Positions 1-9,360 are shown, numbered from the stretch's first letter. The stretch is 64,000 nt of DNA from an uncultured Pseudomonadota bacterium (GCA_963725905.1 CAVSAG010000003.1:449546-513545); one strand, 5' to 3'. Made by a program: numbers and translations. The notes: a model not told the origin generated them from the letters alone.

Positions 1-956
1 GTGACGTAGAGGGTCCTGCGGTCGGCGCCGCCGAACGTGCAGTTGGAGGGCGCGGCGGGCAAGGGGATACGGCCGAGGAGCTGGCCCGAGGGGTCGAACA
101 CCTCGATGGCCCTGATCTCGTCGCTGTTGTTCGCGATGTAGAGGTTGCCGGTGTCATCGACGCAGATCCCGTCGGGGACCTTGAAGCCGCCGGGGACGCG
201 CGCGCCGTCGATGAGCAGCGTCGGGGCGCCCGCGGCGGCGCCGGCGGCGTCGAGCGGGAGCTTCCAGACCTTCCCCTGCACGTCGCTGCCGATGTACAGC
301 GTCCACCCGTCGGGCGATAGCGCGACGCCGTTCGGTTTCTCGATCTGCAGCACGCGATCGAGAGGACCCCGCGGCGGCACCCGGTAGACCGCCATCGGCG
401 CGTGCGCCCCGCCGGGGCGCGCGCCCCAGTCGGTGTCGGTGAAGTAGATGTTCCCGTCGGCCCGCACGACGACGTCGTTCGGGGCGTTGAGCGGCATTCC
501 CGGGTGTCCCGGCGTCGAGGGTGGCCAGGCGTCGGCCAGCACCGTCCGCTCCCCTTCGGGCGAGACGCGGACCAGGCGCGCGTTCCAGCGCTCGCAGGCG
601 ATGAGGCCCCCGGCGGCGTCGAGCCCGAGGCCGTTGGTGCTGGTCGGCTCCCGGTCGGAAACCGCGTAAGGGAAGATCGAGAAGCGGCGCATCGCCGGAT
701 CGAAGCGGTAGATCACCGCGCCGGGGCCGTTTTTCTCCACGACGTCCGAGAAGAGCAGATAGGGGCCGTCGGCAACCCAGAGCGGGCCCTCGAGTGAGAT
801 GAAGGGAATGGGGATCGGGAGGGCGGACGGCCTCCCCGCGCCGGCCAGCAGCAGCGGCGGCGGACCCGCGGCCGATCTCACGGGGGCCGATGCGTCGGGC
901 GAGGTGGCGCAAGAGCAAGCGGCGACCGCGAACAGGATCGGCGCGAGGCGACTCAA
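1..956 (-). CDS. SMP-30/gluconolactonase/LRE-like (SGL) beta-propeller lipoprotein; 3' end lies outside the window
   Basis: Not in the ORF track: it has a TTG start at 956 and stays open to position 1. My minus-strand translation gives LSRLAPILFAVAACSCATS (signal/lipobox), then LEGPLWVADGPYLLFSDV, PNDVVVRADGNIYFTD, PNGVALSPDGWTLYI, PDGICVDDTGNLYIANN and NCTFGGADRRTLYV. These are the repeated blade motifs of the SGL family. The listed 154..918(-) ORF is the Arg-rich wrong frame. Confidence 0.75.
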   Translation of the reverse strand, partial: MSRLAPILFAVAACSCATSPDASAPVRSAAGPPPLLLAGAGRPSALPIPIPFISLEGPLWVADGPYLLFSDVVEKNGPGAVIYRFDPAMRRFSIFPYAVSDREPTSTNGLGLDAAGGLIACERWNARLVRVSPEGERTVLADAWPPSTPGHPGMPLNAPNDVVVRADGNIYFTDTDWGARPGGAHAPMAVYRVPPRGPLDRVLQIEKPNGVALSPDGWTLYIGSDVQGKVWKLPLDAAGAAAGAPTLLIDGARVPGGFKVPDGICVDDTGNLYIANNSDEIRAIEVFDPSGQLLGRIPLPAAPSNCTFGGADRRTLYV

Positions 957-1068
957 TCGGGGGCGCACGGAGCCTGCATCAAAGCACGCGGCGTGGATTC
1001 TGGCGACGGGTCGATTTGTTGCGACGATCTTCGGCGGCGGCTAGCATCGGGGGGCGGCCTGGCCGCGC

Positions 1069-1449
1069 GTGACGATGCGATTCTTGTTGGTCTGCCTGGG
1101 CGGCGCCGCCGGAACCGGCGCGCGGTACCTGTTCGGGGGATGGGCGCAGCGGACGCTGGGGGCTGGTTTCCCCTACGGCACGCTCATCATCAACGCCGTC
1201 GGATCGTTCCTGCTGGTGATCATCATGCACCTGTCGCTCGAGACCGGCGCGATCTCCCCGGACGCGCGCGTCATCCTCGGCACCGGGGTCATGGGGGGCT
1301 TCACCACCTACTCGACGTTCAACTACGAGAGCTTCCGGCTGATCCAGCAGGGGTCGTTCGGCGCGGCCGGGCTCTACCTCGCGGCGACGGTGTTCGGCTG
1401 CCTCGGCGCCGGGGCGCTCGGCCTCGTGCTGGCGCGCGCGCTCGGCTGA
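1069..1449 (+). CDS. crcB: Fluoride ion channel CrcB/FluC
   Basis: 126 aa with four hydrophobic segments. CrcB signature motifs are present: GGAAGTGARY, GTLIINAVGSFLL, GVMGGFTTYSTF. GTG at 1069; an alternative ATG lies at 1075. Confidence 0.9.
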   Translation: MTMRFLLVCLGGAAGTGARYLFGGWAQRTLGAGFPYGTLIINAVGSFLLVIIMHLSLETGAISPDARVILGTGVMGGFTTYSTFNYESFRLIQQGSFGAAGLYLAATVFGCLGAGALGLVLARALG

Positions 1450-1547
1450 GCTCCGCGCGCGCCGCCGGGCCGGGGCCATTCAGGAGTTTTCCGGGGAGTT
1501 TCCCCGATGGTCGGTGGTGCGCCCCGGATCCACGATGACGGAGGCGC

Positions 1548-2234
1548 GTGATGAAGCTGCTCGCGTCGGTGGCTCTGGTGGGCATGGTGGCGGTGGGATC
1601 CGCGTCGCGCGCCGCGGGCAACGAGCCGCCTGCGGCGCCCGCCGTGGCGAACGCTCCGCCCGCGGCGCCCGCCGCGGCGAACGAGCCGCCCGTCGAGCGA
1701 TTCTCGGCGACCGGGTACGGCTACGTCGTCCCCGACGCCCCCAACTTTCTCGTCGGGATGGCGGCGGCTGACCTCGCCTGGCTTCACTTCGAGGGACGCT
1801 ACAACTACGAGGCGCTGCGCACCGGGTCGGCCTTCGCGGGCGTGAACATCGGCCTCGGCCAGCGGCTGCGGCTGGAGCTCACGCCGATGGTCGGCGGCGC
1901 GTTCGGACGGGTCGACGGCATCGTCCCGGCGCTGCGCCTGACGGTCACCTGGTGGCGGTTCGACCTCTTCAGCGAATCCGAAGTGGTGATCCCTTTCACC
2001 GACCCCGGGGGCAGCAGCTTCTTCTACGACTGGACGGAGCTGGGTCTGTCGCCGCTGCCCGGGATCCGCGTCGGCGCGGCCATCCAGCGCAGCCTCGTCT
2101 TTCAGACCTCGCTGGCGGTCCAGCGCGGCCTCTTCGCGGGCCTCCACCTCGGCCCCTTCAACTTCACGGTCTACGAATACAACTGGGGCTGGCTCTCCCC
2201 GACCTTCGTCTTTGCCCTGGGTGTGACGATCTAG
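1548..2234 (+). CDS. Hypothetical exported protein, possibly an outer-membrane beta-barrel
   Basis: Signal peptide MMKLLASVALVGMVAVGSASRA. Ala/Pro linker, then an aromatic-rich alternating pattern (WLHFEGRYNYE, LTVTWWRFDLFSESE, FNFTVYEYNWGW). Normal amino-acid composition. No family recognised. Confidence 0.65.
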   Translation: MMKLLASVALVGMVAVGSASRAAGNEPPAAPAVANAPPAAPAAANEPPVERFSATGYGYVVPDAPNFLVGMAAADLAWLHFEGRYNYEALRTGSAFAGVNIGLGQRLRLELTPMVGGAFGRVDGIVPALRLTVTWWRFDLFSESEVVIPFTDPGGSSFFYDWTELGLSPLPGIRVGAAIQRSLVFQTSLAVQRGLFAGLHLGPFNFTVYEYNWGWLSPTFVFALGVTI

Positions 2235-2235
2235 C

Positions 2236-2418
2236 CTAGGTGCCGGCGTCGCCGGCGTCGACGTGTGCGGCGTCGGAGTGAGGGTCGACGCCGAGCGGGA
2301 CGTCGACGCTGCAGCGGGCGGCGGCCAGGGCGAGGGCGAGCGCGAGCGCGAAGGCGATCACCGCCGACCACGCGTTCGCCGCCCACGCGTTGGCCGCCCT
2401 TGGTCGCCCGGCGCTCAT
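2236..2418 (-). CDS. Small single-pass membrane protein (hypothetical)
   Basis: This is the last 60 codons of the listed 2236..2877(-) ORF: MSAGRPRAANAWAANAWSAVIAFALALALALAAARC... Its ATG (2418-2416) overlaps the TGA (2417-2415) of the upstream gene as ATGA, which suggests translational coupling. The rest of that listed ORF is off-frame junk. Confidence 0.35.
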   Translation of the reverse strand: MSAGRPRAANAWAANAWSAVIAFALALALALAAARCSVDVPLGVDPHSDAAHVDAGDAGT

Positions 2419-3335
2419 GGGGTGCTCGCCCGCCCATCGATGGTGTAGTTGAGCGACAGACCGAGCCACAGGGAAGGCGTTTCGCCGATCGTGCCGTAGG
2501 GGACCACCTGCAGGTGGTAGGGGCGGGGCTGCCAGCGGAGGTTGATCGCGGCGGCGACGCCGATGCCCCCGAACAGGCGCAGCGTCGCGCCGGCCATCGC
2601 CAGCACCCCGAGATCGAGCCGCCACTGCCGATCCGTCTCGACCAGATCCTGACCGAGGAGCGCCGTCGGCGTGGCGGATCCGCCGAGCACCAGCCAGGGG
2701 CGAAACCGCCCCAGGTACCAGGTCACGCGGGCGCCGGCGTCGAGCGGGAAGCGGAGCAGCTCCGCCTTGAAGCCGCCCTCGAAGGTCAGCGTGGCGGGGC
2801 CCCGCGCGCCGGCCGCCCCGACCAGCGACCAGCGCCCACTGCCGAGCGCGCCGCGAAACTCCGCGCCGGGAGCCCACGGCGTGCCGGCGCTCCCCGGCGC
2901 GACGTCGAACACGGCCCCTTTCTCGATCGTCCAGATGGGCGGTCCGAAGACCTGCTGGTGCGATCGGAGGTCGGCGGCGATGATGGCGGCTGCCTGCCGC
3001 GCGCGCGCGCCGCAGTCGCGCGCCGGATCGTCCAGCGTCGTCACCGTCTGGCGCACGGCGATGCGGTAGTGAGGTCCTTGATCCGAGATCGCGACGGGGA
3101 CGCCGCGCGCCTCGTCGGCGGTGACGAGCTCGGCCAGCAGGCGGCGCAGGGTTGCGGCGTCGGGGCAGGCGCCCACCACGTCGGGGGCGAGCCCGTCGTC
3201 GGCCCCGGCCTCGGCCCCGTCGTCCGACCCGGCGCTGGCCTCACCTTGGGTCGCCGCGGCCCCCGTCGTTTTCGCCGCGGCGGCCAGCAGCACCGTCAGA
3301 GCCACCAGCCCAGCTGCACGCGGCATCGCAGCCAC
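2415..3335 (-). CDS. Hypothetical exported protein
   Basis: 306 aa. Signal peptide MAAMPRAAGLVALTVLLAAAA, an acidic linker, and a C-terminal half with beta-strand-like alternation ending LSLNYTIDGRASTP. Balanced composition compared with the overlapping Arg-rich frames. Confidence 0.65.
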   Translation of the reverse strand: MAAMPRAAGLVALTVLLAAAAKTTGAAATQGEASAGSDDGAEAGADDGLAPDVVGACPDAATLRRLLAELVTADEARGVPVAISDQGPHYRIAVRQTVTTLDDPARDCGARARQAAAIIAADLRSHQQVFGPPIWTIEKGAVFDVAPGSAGTPWAPGAEFRGALGSGRWSLVGAAGARGPATLTFEGGFKAELLRFPLDAGARVTWYLGRFRPWLVLGGSATPTALLGQDLVETDRQWRLDLGVLAMAGATLRLFGGIGVAAAINLRWQPRPYHLQVVPYGTIGETPSLWLGLSLNYTIDGRASTP

Positions 3336-3413
3336 CCAACCTTATTCGGTGGCCGCGCCGAGGCGATGCGCCGTTCGCTGATTCGACGGCGCTCCGATCG
3401 CGGCGCCGCGTCG

Positions 3414-4640
3414 TCAGCGTGAAGCCGCCGAGGTGTCGAAGAGCACCTGGTCGTGGAGGTAGAGGCGCTCGAACAGGTTGGCGGCCTCCTCGCCCATCCC
3501 GGCGCAAAGCGCGATCTCGCCCGCCGAGCGCTCGCCGTCGATCTGGTCGTGCAGCGCGAGCTCCCGGTCGTCGAGCGGCAGACAGAGATCGCGGTAGGTG
3601 TGGGCGCGATTGACGAGCACGGCCGCCGCGCCGGTCGGCAGGCCGTCGCGAATCGTGATCGCGTCCGGGACCGGCAGCGGCACGTAGTCGCGCCAGGCGT
3701 CACCGGCGAAGTCGACGGCCGTCGCGGCCTCCTCGTCGTCGTCCCGGACGATGATCGCGCTGTGGCGGACCATGGTCCCCCGGTAGAGCTCGGCCGCCGC
3801 GTACTGCTCCCGCGGCGGAAGCCCGAGGAGGCGGCCGCCGTGCGGCAGGAGCTGCATGACGCCGCAGGCGGGACTGTAGGGCGCCTGCCTCAGCCAGCGC
3901 ACGAACCGGCAGCCGCCCCGCGCGAGGAGGTCGTAGAGCTGCGGCACCGAGTAGGCGCGATCTTGCGGGTGCAGCAGCGCGTCCGCGATCCCGGCCGGAT
4001 CGCGGAAGTCGGGCGCCTCTCGCGCGAGCGCCGCCAGCGGGTGCGACTGCGGCAAGACGCCGAGCGCGGCGCCGAGATCGGCGATCTCCCCGGCGGTCGC
4101 CCGCACGCCGATCATCCGGCAGAGCTCCTGGAACATGTAGACGCCGGTCCGCCCGTAGGGCGCGTAGACCATGAGGTGCATCGCGCCTCCCGGCGCCAGC
4201 ACCGACCGCAGCGCGCCGAGCCCCCCGACCGGATCGGCGAGGTGGTGGAGCACGCCCGTGCAGATGATCTGGTCGAACGTCGTCGCGAGCTCGCCGACCC
4301 GCTCGAGCGCCAGCTGGTGAACCTGAAGGTTGGCGAGCTCGTACTTTCGTTTGAGCACCTCGGTGCTGCGGACGGCCGTGGCGCTGAAATCGATGGCGGT
4401 CACCCGGGCGACGGGCCAGCGCAACGCGTGCTTCACCGCCTGCGAGGTGCCGCACCCGGCTACGAGGATCGACGGGTTCTCGGCGAACGGGCGCGCGGGC
4501 CAACAGAGGTGATGGTCCGCGCGCCGTCTCCAGGGGTCTTGCCAGCGTTCGCGATAGCCCTCGAGATCGTCGACCGGCGGTGGGTAGGGGTGGGCGTCGT
4601 AGAAGCTTCGAACCCTGTCGGCCACCGCGGCGTGATCCAC
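3414..4640 (-). CDS. Class I SAM-dependent methyltransferase
   Basis: 408 aa. Motif I ILVAGCGTSQ, then VTAIDFS, DQIICTGVLHHL and PGGAMHLMVY. Starts 4 nt after the sulfatase stop on the same strand, so it is probably co-transcribed. Confidence 0.85.
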   Translation of the reverse strand: MDHAAVADRVRSFYDAHPYPPPVDDLEGYRERWQDPWRRRADHHLCWPARPFAENPSILVAGCGTSQAVKHALRWPVARVTAIDFSATAVRSTEVLKRKYELANLQVHQLALERVGELATTFDQIICTGVLHHLADPVGGLGALRSVLAPGGAMHLMVYAPYGRTGVYMFQELCRMIGVRATAGEIADLGAALGVLPQSHPLAALAREAPDFRDPAGIADALLHPQDRAYSVPQLYDLLARGGCRFVRWLRQAPYSPACGVMQLLPHGGRLLGLPPREQYAAAELYRGTMVRHSAIIVRDDDEEAATAVDFAGDAWRDYVPLPVPDAITIRDGLPTGAAAVLVNRAHTYRDLCLPLDDRELALHDQIDGERSAGEIALCAGMGEEAANLFERLYLHDQVLFDTSAASR

Positions 4641-4644
4641 GGCG

Positions 4645-6124
4645 TTAGTGATGGACCTCGGTGACCTGGCGCATGACCTCGTCCAGGTTGAACGAGGCCG
4701 GCTTTTGGCGCGGCGGGAACCTGGCGAAGTCCTCGATGTTCTTCGCCACCACCTCCTGCATCTCGTAGATCATGAAGGCGTGGCTCGCCAGCCAGTCGTA
4801 GTAGGTGTTCGAGTTGTGCTGCGCGCGCTCGAACGGATCGCGCCGTAGGCTGAATATCATGGGGACGCGCAGCTTGTGCAGCGGCTCGGCCCAGACCTGC
4901 ATCCGCTGGGCGCGCTGCTCGCCGAGCACGAACTTCCAGTCGCCGTGGCGGAGCGCCATCACCTCACCGTCGTCGCTCATGTAGAAGAAGTCGTTGCGCG
5001 GGCTCTCTTTCACCTGGCCGGTCAGGTAGGGGAGCATGTTGAGGCCGTCGATGTGCACCTTGAAGGTCTTGTCGCCGACCTTCATCCCCTTGAGCAGCTT
5101 GGCGCTCGACGTCGGGGTCGCCGGCGACCGCCAGCAGCGTCGGCAGCATGTCCTGGTGCGAGACCATGCCGTTCAACACCGAGCCCGGCTTGATCTTCCC
5201 CGGCCAGCGGATGAACGCGGGGACGCGCCAGCCTCCCTCCCAGTTGGTGTCCTTCTGGCTGCGAAACGGCGTGTTCGCACCGTCGGGCCAGGTGTCGTTC
5301 TCGGGGCCGTTGTCGGTCGAGTACATGACGATCGTGTTGTCGGCGATGCCGAGCTCGTCGAGCTTGTCCAGCATCTGGCCGATCTGCTCGTCGTGCGTGA
5401 CCATGCGGTCGCTGTATTCATCCTGCCCGCTTTTGCCGCGATTTTTCTCGGCGAGGTGCGTGCGGAAGTGCATCGCGGTCGAGTTGTACCAGAGGAAAAA
5501 CGGCTGATCGCCCTGGGCCTGCTGCTCCATCCAGGCAAGCGCCTTGGTGGTGATCTCCTCGTCAATCGTCTCCATTCGTTTCTTGGTGAGCGGGCCGGTG
5601 TCGACGACCTTCTGGCCCCCCTTGCCGTCCGCGGTGGCCTGCAGCACCCCGCGCGGGCCGAACTTCTTCTTGAAGCCTGGATCCTTGGGGTAGTCGGGGT
5701 GCTCTGGCTCCTCCTCGGCGTTCAGGTGGTAGAGGTTACCGAAGAACTCGTCGAAGCCGTGCACCGTGGGAAGGAACTCGTCTCTGTCGCCGAGGTGGTT
5801 CTTGCCGAACTGCCCGGTCGCGTAGCCGAGCGGCTTGAGCAGCTCGGCGATCGTCGGATCTTCGGCATGTAACCCGACGGTGGCGCCCGGCATGCCGACC
5901 TTGGTGAGGCCGGTGCGGACCGGGTTCTGGCCGGTGATGAAAGCGGCGCGGCCGGCGGTGCAGCTCTGCTGCGCGTAGAAGTCGGTAAAGGCAACGCCCT
6001 CGTTGCCGACGCGATCGATGTTCGGGGTGCGGTACCCCATCTGTCCGCGGCTGAAATAACTGATGTTCCACATCCCGATGTCGTCGCCGAACAGGATCAG
6101 GATGTTGGGCTTCTTCGTCGCCAT
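4645..6124 (-). pseudogene. Cys-type arylsulfatase interrupted by a +1-nt frameshift near 5095-5108
   Basis: Two listed ORFs in different frames make one sulfatase: 4964..6124 (N-terminal 340 aa good) and 4645..5085. Motifs: NILILFGDDIGMW, formylglycine motif SCTAGRAAFITG (C-x-A-x-R), GKNHLGD, YSTDNGPE. The reading ...LPTLLAVAGDPDVE should continue KLLKGMKVGDKTFKVHIDG, which is found one frame over. One extra base in GAGCGCCAAG explains the break. Confidence 0.85.
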
Positions 6125-6240
6125 GGATTCCCCTCCTCGTCGAGAGTCACGAACACACGAAAACCGCGTTGACGATGGGCCCTGGGCGCGCGGTCGCCAG
6201 GGAGCCGGCGGCCGTTTACGCGAACGGCTGAGGGCGCCGA

Positions 6241-6543
6241 CTACTTGGACTTGGCGGCGCCGCTCTTCGACTCGATGGTCTTGGCCGACATCGTGTACTC
6301 GATGGTGACCTTGTCGCCGACCTTCACGTCAGCGGGCGACTTGGTCTCCTTGTCGCGCGCGAGCTGCCACTTCTCTTTGCCCTTTTGCACGGTGATGGTC
6401 GTGTCCGTGACCTCCAGGACCGGCCCGGTCACCTGATAGGTCTTGGTCGATTCCGCGCGCGCCGCGCCAGGGACGGCGCCCGCCGCGGCCAACGTCAGGA
6501 GGCCGGCCAACAGCACGGCGCGGATAAGGGTCGCGAGCTTCAT
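6241..6543 (-). CDS. Small exported protein (hypothetical)
   Basis: 100 aa. Signal peptide MKLATLIRAVLLAGLLTLAAAGAVPGAARA, then a Lys/Thr-rich beta-type sequence (YQVTGPVLEVTDTTITVQKGKEKWQL, KVGDKVTIEYTM). Confidence 0.7.
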   Translation of the reverse strand: MKLATLIRAVLLAGLLTLAAAGAVPGAARAESTKTYQVTGPVLEVTDTTITVQKGKEKWQLARDKETKSPADVKVGDKVTIEYTMSAKTIESKSGAAKSK

Positions 6544-6748
6544 GGGATCCTCCTGGCGGGGACCCTGCGGTCAGAGGCATGACGCGACAAGATGGGCCGT
6601 TCCCTGATTTCCCCCTGGATCGCCGGGTCCAGGCGGGCGGACATGTCCGATCATGTCGACGGCACCTCGCCCGGCTTCCATTCGCTTCGATGGGCGCCAA
6701 GCCCGCGGAAAAGCGGCGGCCGCGCGGGATCGCGGGCAGGCGCGTTCT

Positions 6749-6764
6749 TGGCATCACGGTTGCT
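6749..6764 (+). promoter_or_regulatory. Candidate sigma54 (-24/-12) promoter upstream of the ECF sigma gene
   Basis: TGGCATcacggTTGCT matches TGGCAC-N5-TTGCW with the correct GG-N10-GC spacing. It lies 13 nt upstream of the ATG at 6777 and 64 nt upstream of the second in-frame ATG at 6828, which has a GAGG four nt upstream. Confidence 0.4.
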
Positions 6765-6776
6765 CTAGGCGGCCGT

Positions 6777-7364
6777 ATGGGAAACAGCACCAAGAGGGTT
6801 GCCGACTCCTCCGCGGGGGACGAGGCGATGGCGCGCTATGCCGAGGGCGACGACGCCGCCTTCGCGGTGGTCTACACGGTCGTCACGCCGCGGCTGGATT
6901 GCTTCTTCCGTCGCCGGCTGTTCGACAAGAACGCGATCCCCGACCTCGTGCAGGAGACCCTGCTGCGCATCCATCGATATCGCGGGACGTTCGCCCGCGG
7001 ATCGGGGCTCATGCCCTGGGCGCTGACCATCGCCCGGCGCCTGCTCATCGACCTGCTTCGGCGCGCGGGCCGCGAGCAGCAGAGCGATCCGGCCTGGCTG
7101 GATGACCTCGGAGATCGCCTGTCGCGGGAGGGGCTTCCGACCGGAGAAGAGATCGTCGCGGCCAAGCAGATGGTCGCGCGGCTCGACGACGCCTGGTCGC
7201 GCGTCTCGGAGCCACAGCGCGCCGCGCTCCGGCTGGTGCGGGGCGAGGGGTTGTCGGTCGCCGAGGCGGCCGTCAGGCTCGGCACCACCGTCACGGGCGT
7301 CAAGCTGCGAACGCACCGCGCCTCGCGCACGCTGCAGGCGGGAATCGCGGCCTTCGCCGCCTAG
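6777..7364 (+). CDS. ECF-type RNA polymerase sigma-70 family factor
   Basis: Internal part of the listed 6579..7364 ORF. Region 2 DLVQETLLRIHRYRGTF...WALTIARRLLIDLLR; region 4 HTH PQRAALRLVRGEGLSVAEAAVRLGTTVTGVKLRTHRA. Start could be 6777 or 6828. Confidence 0.85.
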   Translation: MGNSTKRVADSSAGDEAMARYAEGDDAAFAVVYTVVTPRLDCFFRRRLFDKNAIPDLVQETLLRIHRYRGTFARGSGLMPWALTIARRLLIDLLRRAGREQQSDPAWLDDLGDRLSREGLPTGEEIVAAKQMVARLDDAWSRVSEPQRAALRLVRGEGLSVAEAAVRLGTTVTGVKLRTHRASRTLQAGIAAFAA

Positions 7365-7390
7365 TCGATGTCCTCGCCAGGGTTTCGTCT

Positions 7391-8395
7391 ATGCTCGCCC
7401 CGCAGATGGAATCGTGCGACCGACGCCGGTCCGCGGGAACGGCGAGGACCGGGGGGGCGTTGCTGGTGCTGGTGACGTTTGGCTCAATCGCCTGCGCGGT
7501 CGACAACCGGATGCTGAGTGGGCCGCCCGACGCAGGCAAGGGCGGCGCCGCCGGCATCGGTTCGGTCGGTTCGGCGGGCGGCGCCGGCGGTGCCGCGGGG
7601 GCGACGGTCATCGGCTCGTCCGACGCCGGCGGGAGCGACGCCCCTCTTCTGCCGCCGCTGACCTGGGTGGCGATCTCCGGCGGATTGTTCGCGATGGGCG
7701 CCGACGACAGCTACGGCGGCGACGACAACATGCCCATTCACACGGTCACTGTGCCGAGCTTCGAGATGACCCAGACCGAGATCACCGTCGCCGCGTACGA
7801 CGCCTGCATCAACGCCGGCTGGTGCCAGGACCCGCTCTCCACCAACGCTTCGAGCACATGTACCTGGTCGAGCGGCGAGCCCCAGCAATACGCAACCCTC
7901 CCTGTCGACTGCGTGAACTGGGTGGACGCGCACCGGTTCTGCAGTTGGGTGGGGGGCAGATTGCCCAGCGAGGCCGAGTGGGAATACGCGGCGCGCAGCG
8001 AGGGGCAGGCGACGACGTACCCCTGGGGCGAGGCGACGCCGACCTGCACTCTCGCGGCCAACGATCTGGCGGGTTGCAGCCTCTCGCTCCCCGATCCGGT
8101 CTGTTCGCATCCGTTGGGGAACACGGCGCAGGGGTTGTGCGACATGGCCGGCAACGTCTGGGAGTGGGTCGAGGACGCCTGGTCCTCGTCGGGGTACGCC
8201 GGCGCTCCGACCGACGGGTCGGCACCAGAAACCGGCGCGCCCTCGGGGCCCGACGGTCAGCCTCGGGTGGAGCGCGGGGGCGGCTTCAACGATGGGGTGA
8301 CCGACGTGCTCCGAAACGTTTACCGCGACCACCTGGGACAGCTCGCCGCCGGCTTCACGCTCGGCATCCGCTGCGCGCGATCCGCCACGCCCTGA
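7391..8395 (+). CDS. Exported FGE-sulfatase (SUMF1/EgtB/PvdO) domain protein lacking the FGE catalytic Cys pair
   Basis: 334 aa. Signal peptide plus Gly-rich linker. Domain motifs: WVAISGGLFAMG, VTVPSFEMTQTEITVAAYDAC, PVDCVNWVDAHRFCSWVGGRLPSEAEWEYAAR, MAGNVWEWVEDAW, RVERGGGF, LGIRCARS. Where true FGEs have C-x4-C after RGGS, this protein reads GGGFNDGVTDVLRNVYR. Confidence 0.85.
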   Translation: MLAPQMESCDRRRSAGTARTGGALLVLVTFGSIACAVDNRMLSGPPDAGKGGAAGIGSVGSAGGAGGAAGATVIGSSDAGGSDAPLLPPLTWVAISGGLFAMGADDSYGGDDNMPIHTVTVPSFEMTQTEITVAAYDACINAGWCQDPLSTNASSTCTWSSGEPQQYATLPVDCVNWVDAHRFCSWVGGRLPSEAEWEYAARSEGQATTYPWGEATPTCTLAANDLAGCSLSLPDPVCSHPLGNTAQGLCDMAGNVWEWVEDAWSSSGYAGAPTDGSAPETGAPSGPDGQPRVERGGGFNDGVTDVLRNVYRDHLGQLAAGFTLGIRCARSATP

Positions 8396-8451
8396 AGGAG
8401 CTTCGAGGGCGCGCTCACTTCAGGCAAAGAAGAGTCATCGCAAGAAAACAA

Positions 8452-9357
8452 ATGGAGAAAATTATGTTCGCATCGGGAGCGCAGATGGAAGATCGCAATG
8501 CAACGAGGGCTTTGGCCACCATCGGCGCGCTGTTTCTGGCGGCGTGCACGAGCGGCAGCGGAACGCCCGGCACGGGCGGCAGCGGCGGTGGCGCCGGAAC
8601 GATCGGGACCGGCGGTGCGGCGGGACAGGGAGGCGCCAGCGGCGCGGCCGGCGCGGGCGGCGGAATCGCCGGCGCGGGCGGCGGGGCAGGTCAAGGCGAT
8701 GGCGTGGCCTGCGGCGCGCCGACCGTGGACCCCGAGCAGGTGACCGGCACGCCCAACTGGACCGCGGTCGCCTGGGCCGTCTTCGTGGCGCCCCTCGGCA
8801 CCATCGATAGTCCACCTGCCACGCTCGCCGCGAGTGAGTCCGCGGTGTGGGCGCCCAAACACGTCTACGACACGGGGATGAACACCTTCAAGTCGGCCGT
8901 GCCCCACGCGCCACCGTACGACGGCGAGCTGGCGGCCGGTCTGGCCCAAACCACCTTCGTGAACACCGGGTGCTTCCCCGCCTCGGCCTTCCAGGCGCCG
9001 AGCGGCGTGTTCGTGGCGGGGATACTGGTGCCTTCCGCGACGGCTCCCACCGGGAGCTCGTACGAGGTGGCCTCGGATGGCCCGATCATTTCCGGGGAGT
9101 TGGTCGTGGACGGTGATCTCCTCCGGAACGGGGTCGTCATCGACCCGGCGTTCGACTCGACTTACCCGCCGGCGAAAACCATCTATGGGGGCACGGTTGC
9201 CTACGCCGGGTATCGACACATGATCCTCAACTTCGCCGAGAACAGCGACTTCTCCGGTGGGGCGGCGCTGACGGCAGGCGACTACACCTTTCGGGTGAAA
9301 ATCAGCGACGGCAGCGGCAGCTCGACGTCGCAGCTGATTCACTTCACCGTCAACTGA
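8452..9357 (+). CDS. Lipoprotein with Gly-rich linker (hypothetical)
   Basis: Tail of the listed 7102..9357 ORF. MEKIMFASGAQMEDRNATRALATIGALFLAACTSG (lipobox LAAC), a GGSGGGAG linker, then a globular domain ending YTFRVKISDGSGSSTSQLIHFTVN. Confidence 0.75.
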   Translation: MEKIMFASGAQMEDRNATRALATIGALFLAACTSGSGTPGTGGSGGGAGTIGTGGAAGQGGASGAAGAGGGIAGAGGGAGQGDGVACGAPTVDPEQVTGTPNWTAVAWAVFVAPLGTIDSPPATLAASESAVWAPKHVYDTGMNTFKSAVPHAPPYDGELAAGLAQTTFVNTGCFPASAFQAPSGVFVAGILVPSATAPTGSSYEVASDGPIISGELVVDGDLLRNGVVIDPAFDSTYPPAKTIYGGTVAYAGYRHMILNFAENSDFSGGAALTAGDYTFRVKISDGSGSSTSQLIHFTVN

Positions 9358-9360
9358 GGG

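Noticed and set aside
154-918. A 254-aa minus-strand ORF, plus several + strand ORFs, over the first kilobase.
   Set aside because: It is Arg-rich junk. The real gene is the SGL-family reading frame on the same strand but in a different phase. That frame is not listed because it uses TTG and runs off the window.
979-1068. A fluoride (crcB-motif) riboswitch upstream of crcB.
   Set aside because: GGCGACGGG at 1003 weakly resembles the conserved GGCGAUG start. I could not find the downstream CCGCC...AAAC...GCUGAUG...CUAC elements or a consistent pseudoknot. An Rfam cmsearch with the crcB model would settle it; a significant hit would overturn this rejection.
5085-5115. Programmed ribosomal frameshifting as the explanation for the split arylsulfatase.
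   Set aside because: There is no slippery heptamer (X XXY YYZ) or poly-A/T tract at the junction (GACGTCGAGCGCCAAGCTGCTC), and no obvious downstream stimulatory structure. A simple 1-nt insertion, whether mutation or sequencing error, is more parsimonious.
7391-8395. Calling the FGE-domain protein the formylglycine-generating maturase of the neighbouring sulfatase.
   Set aside because: The two catalytic or copper-binding cysteines of genuine FGEs are absent from the RGGGF...YR region. I annotated it only as an FGE-sulfatase-fold paralogue.
7102-8451. The first ~450 codons of the 751-aa ORF 7102..9357.
   Set aside because: It is off-frame relative to the ECF sigma and FGE-domain genes and highly Arg-rich. 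Only the last 301 codons (8452..9357) form a credible lipoprotein with its own start.
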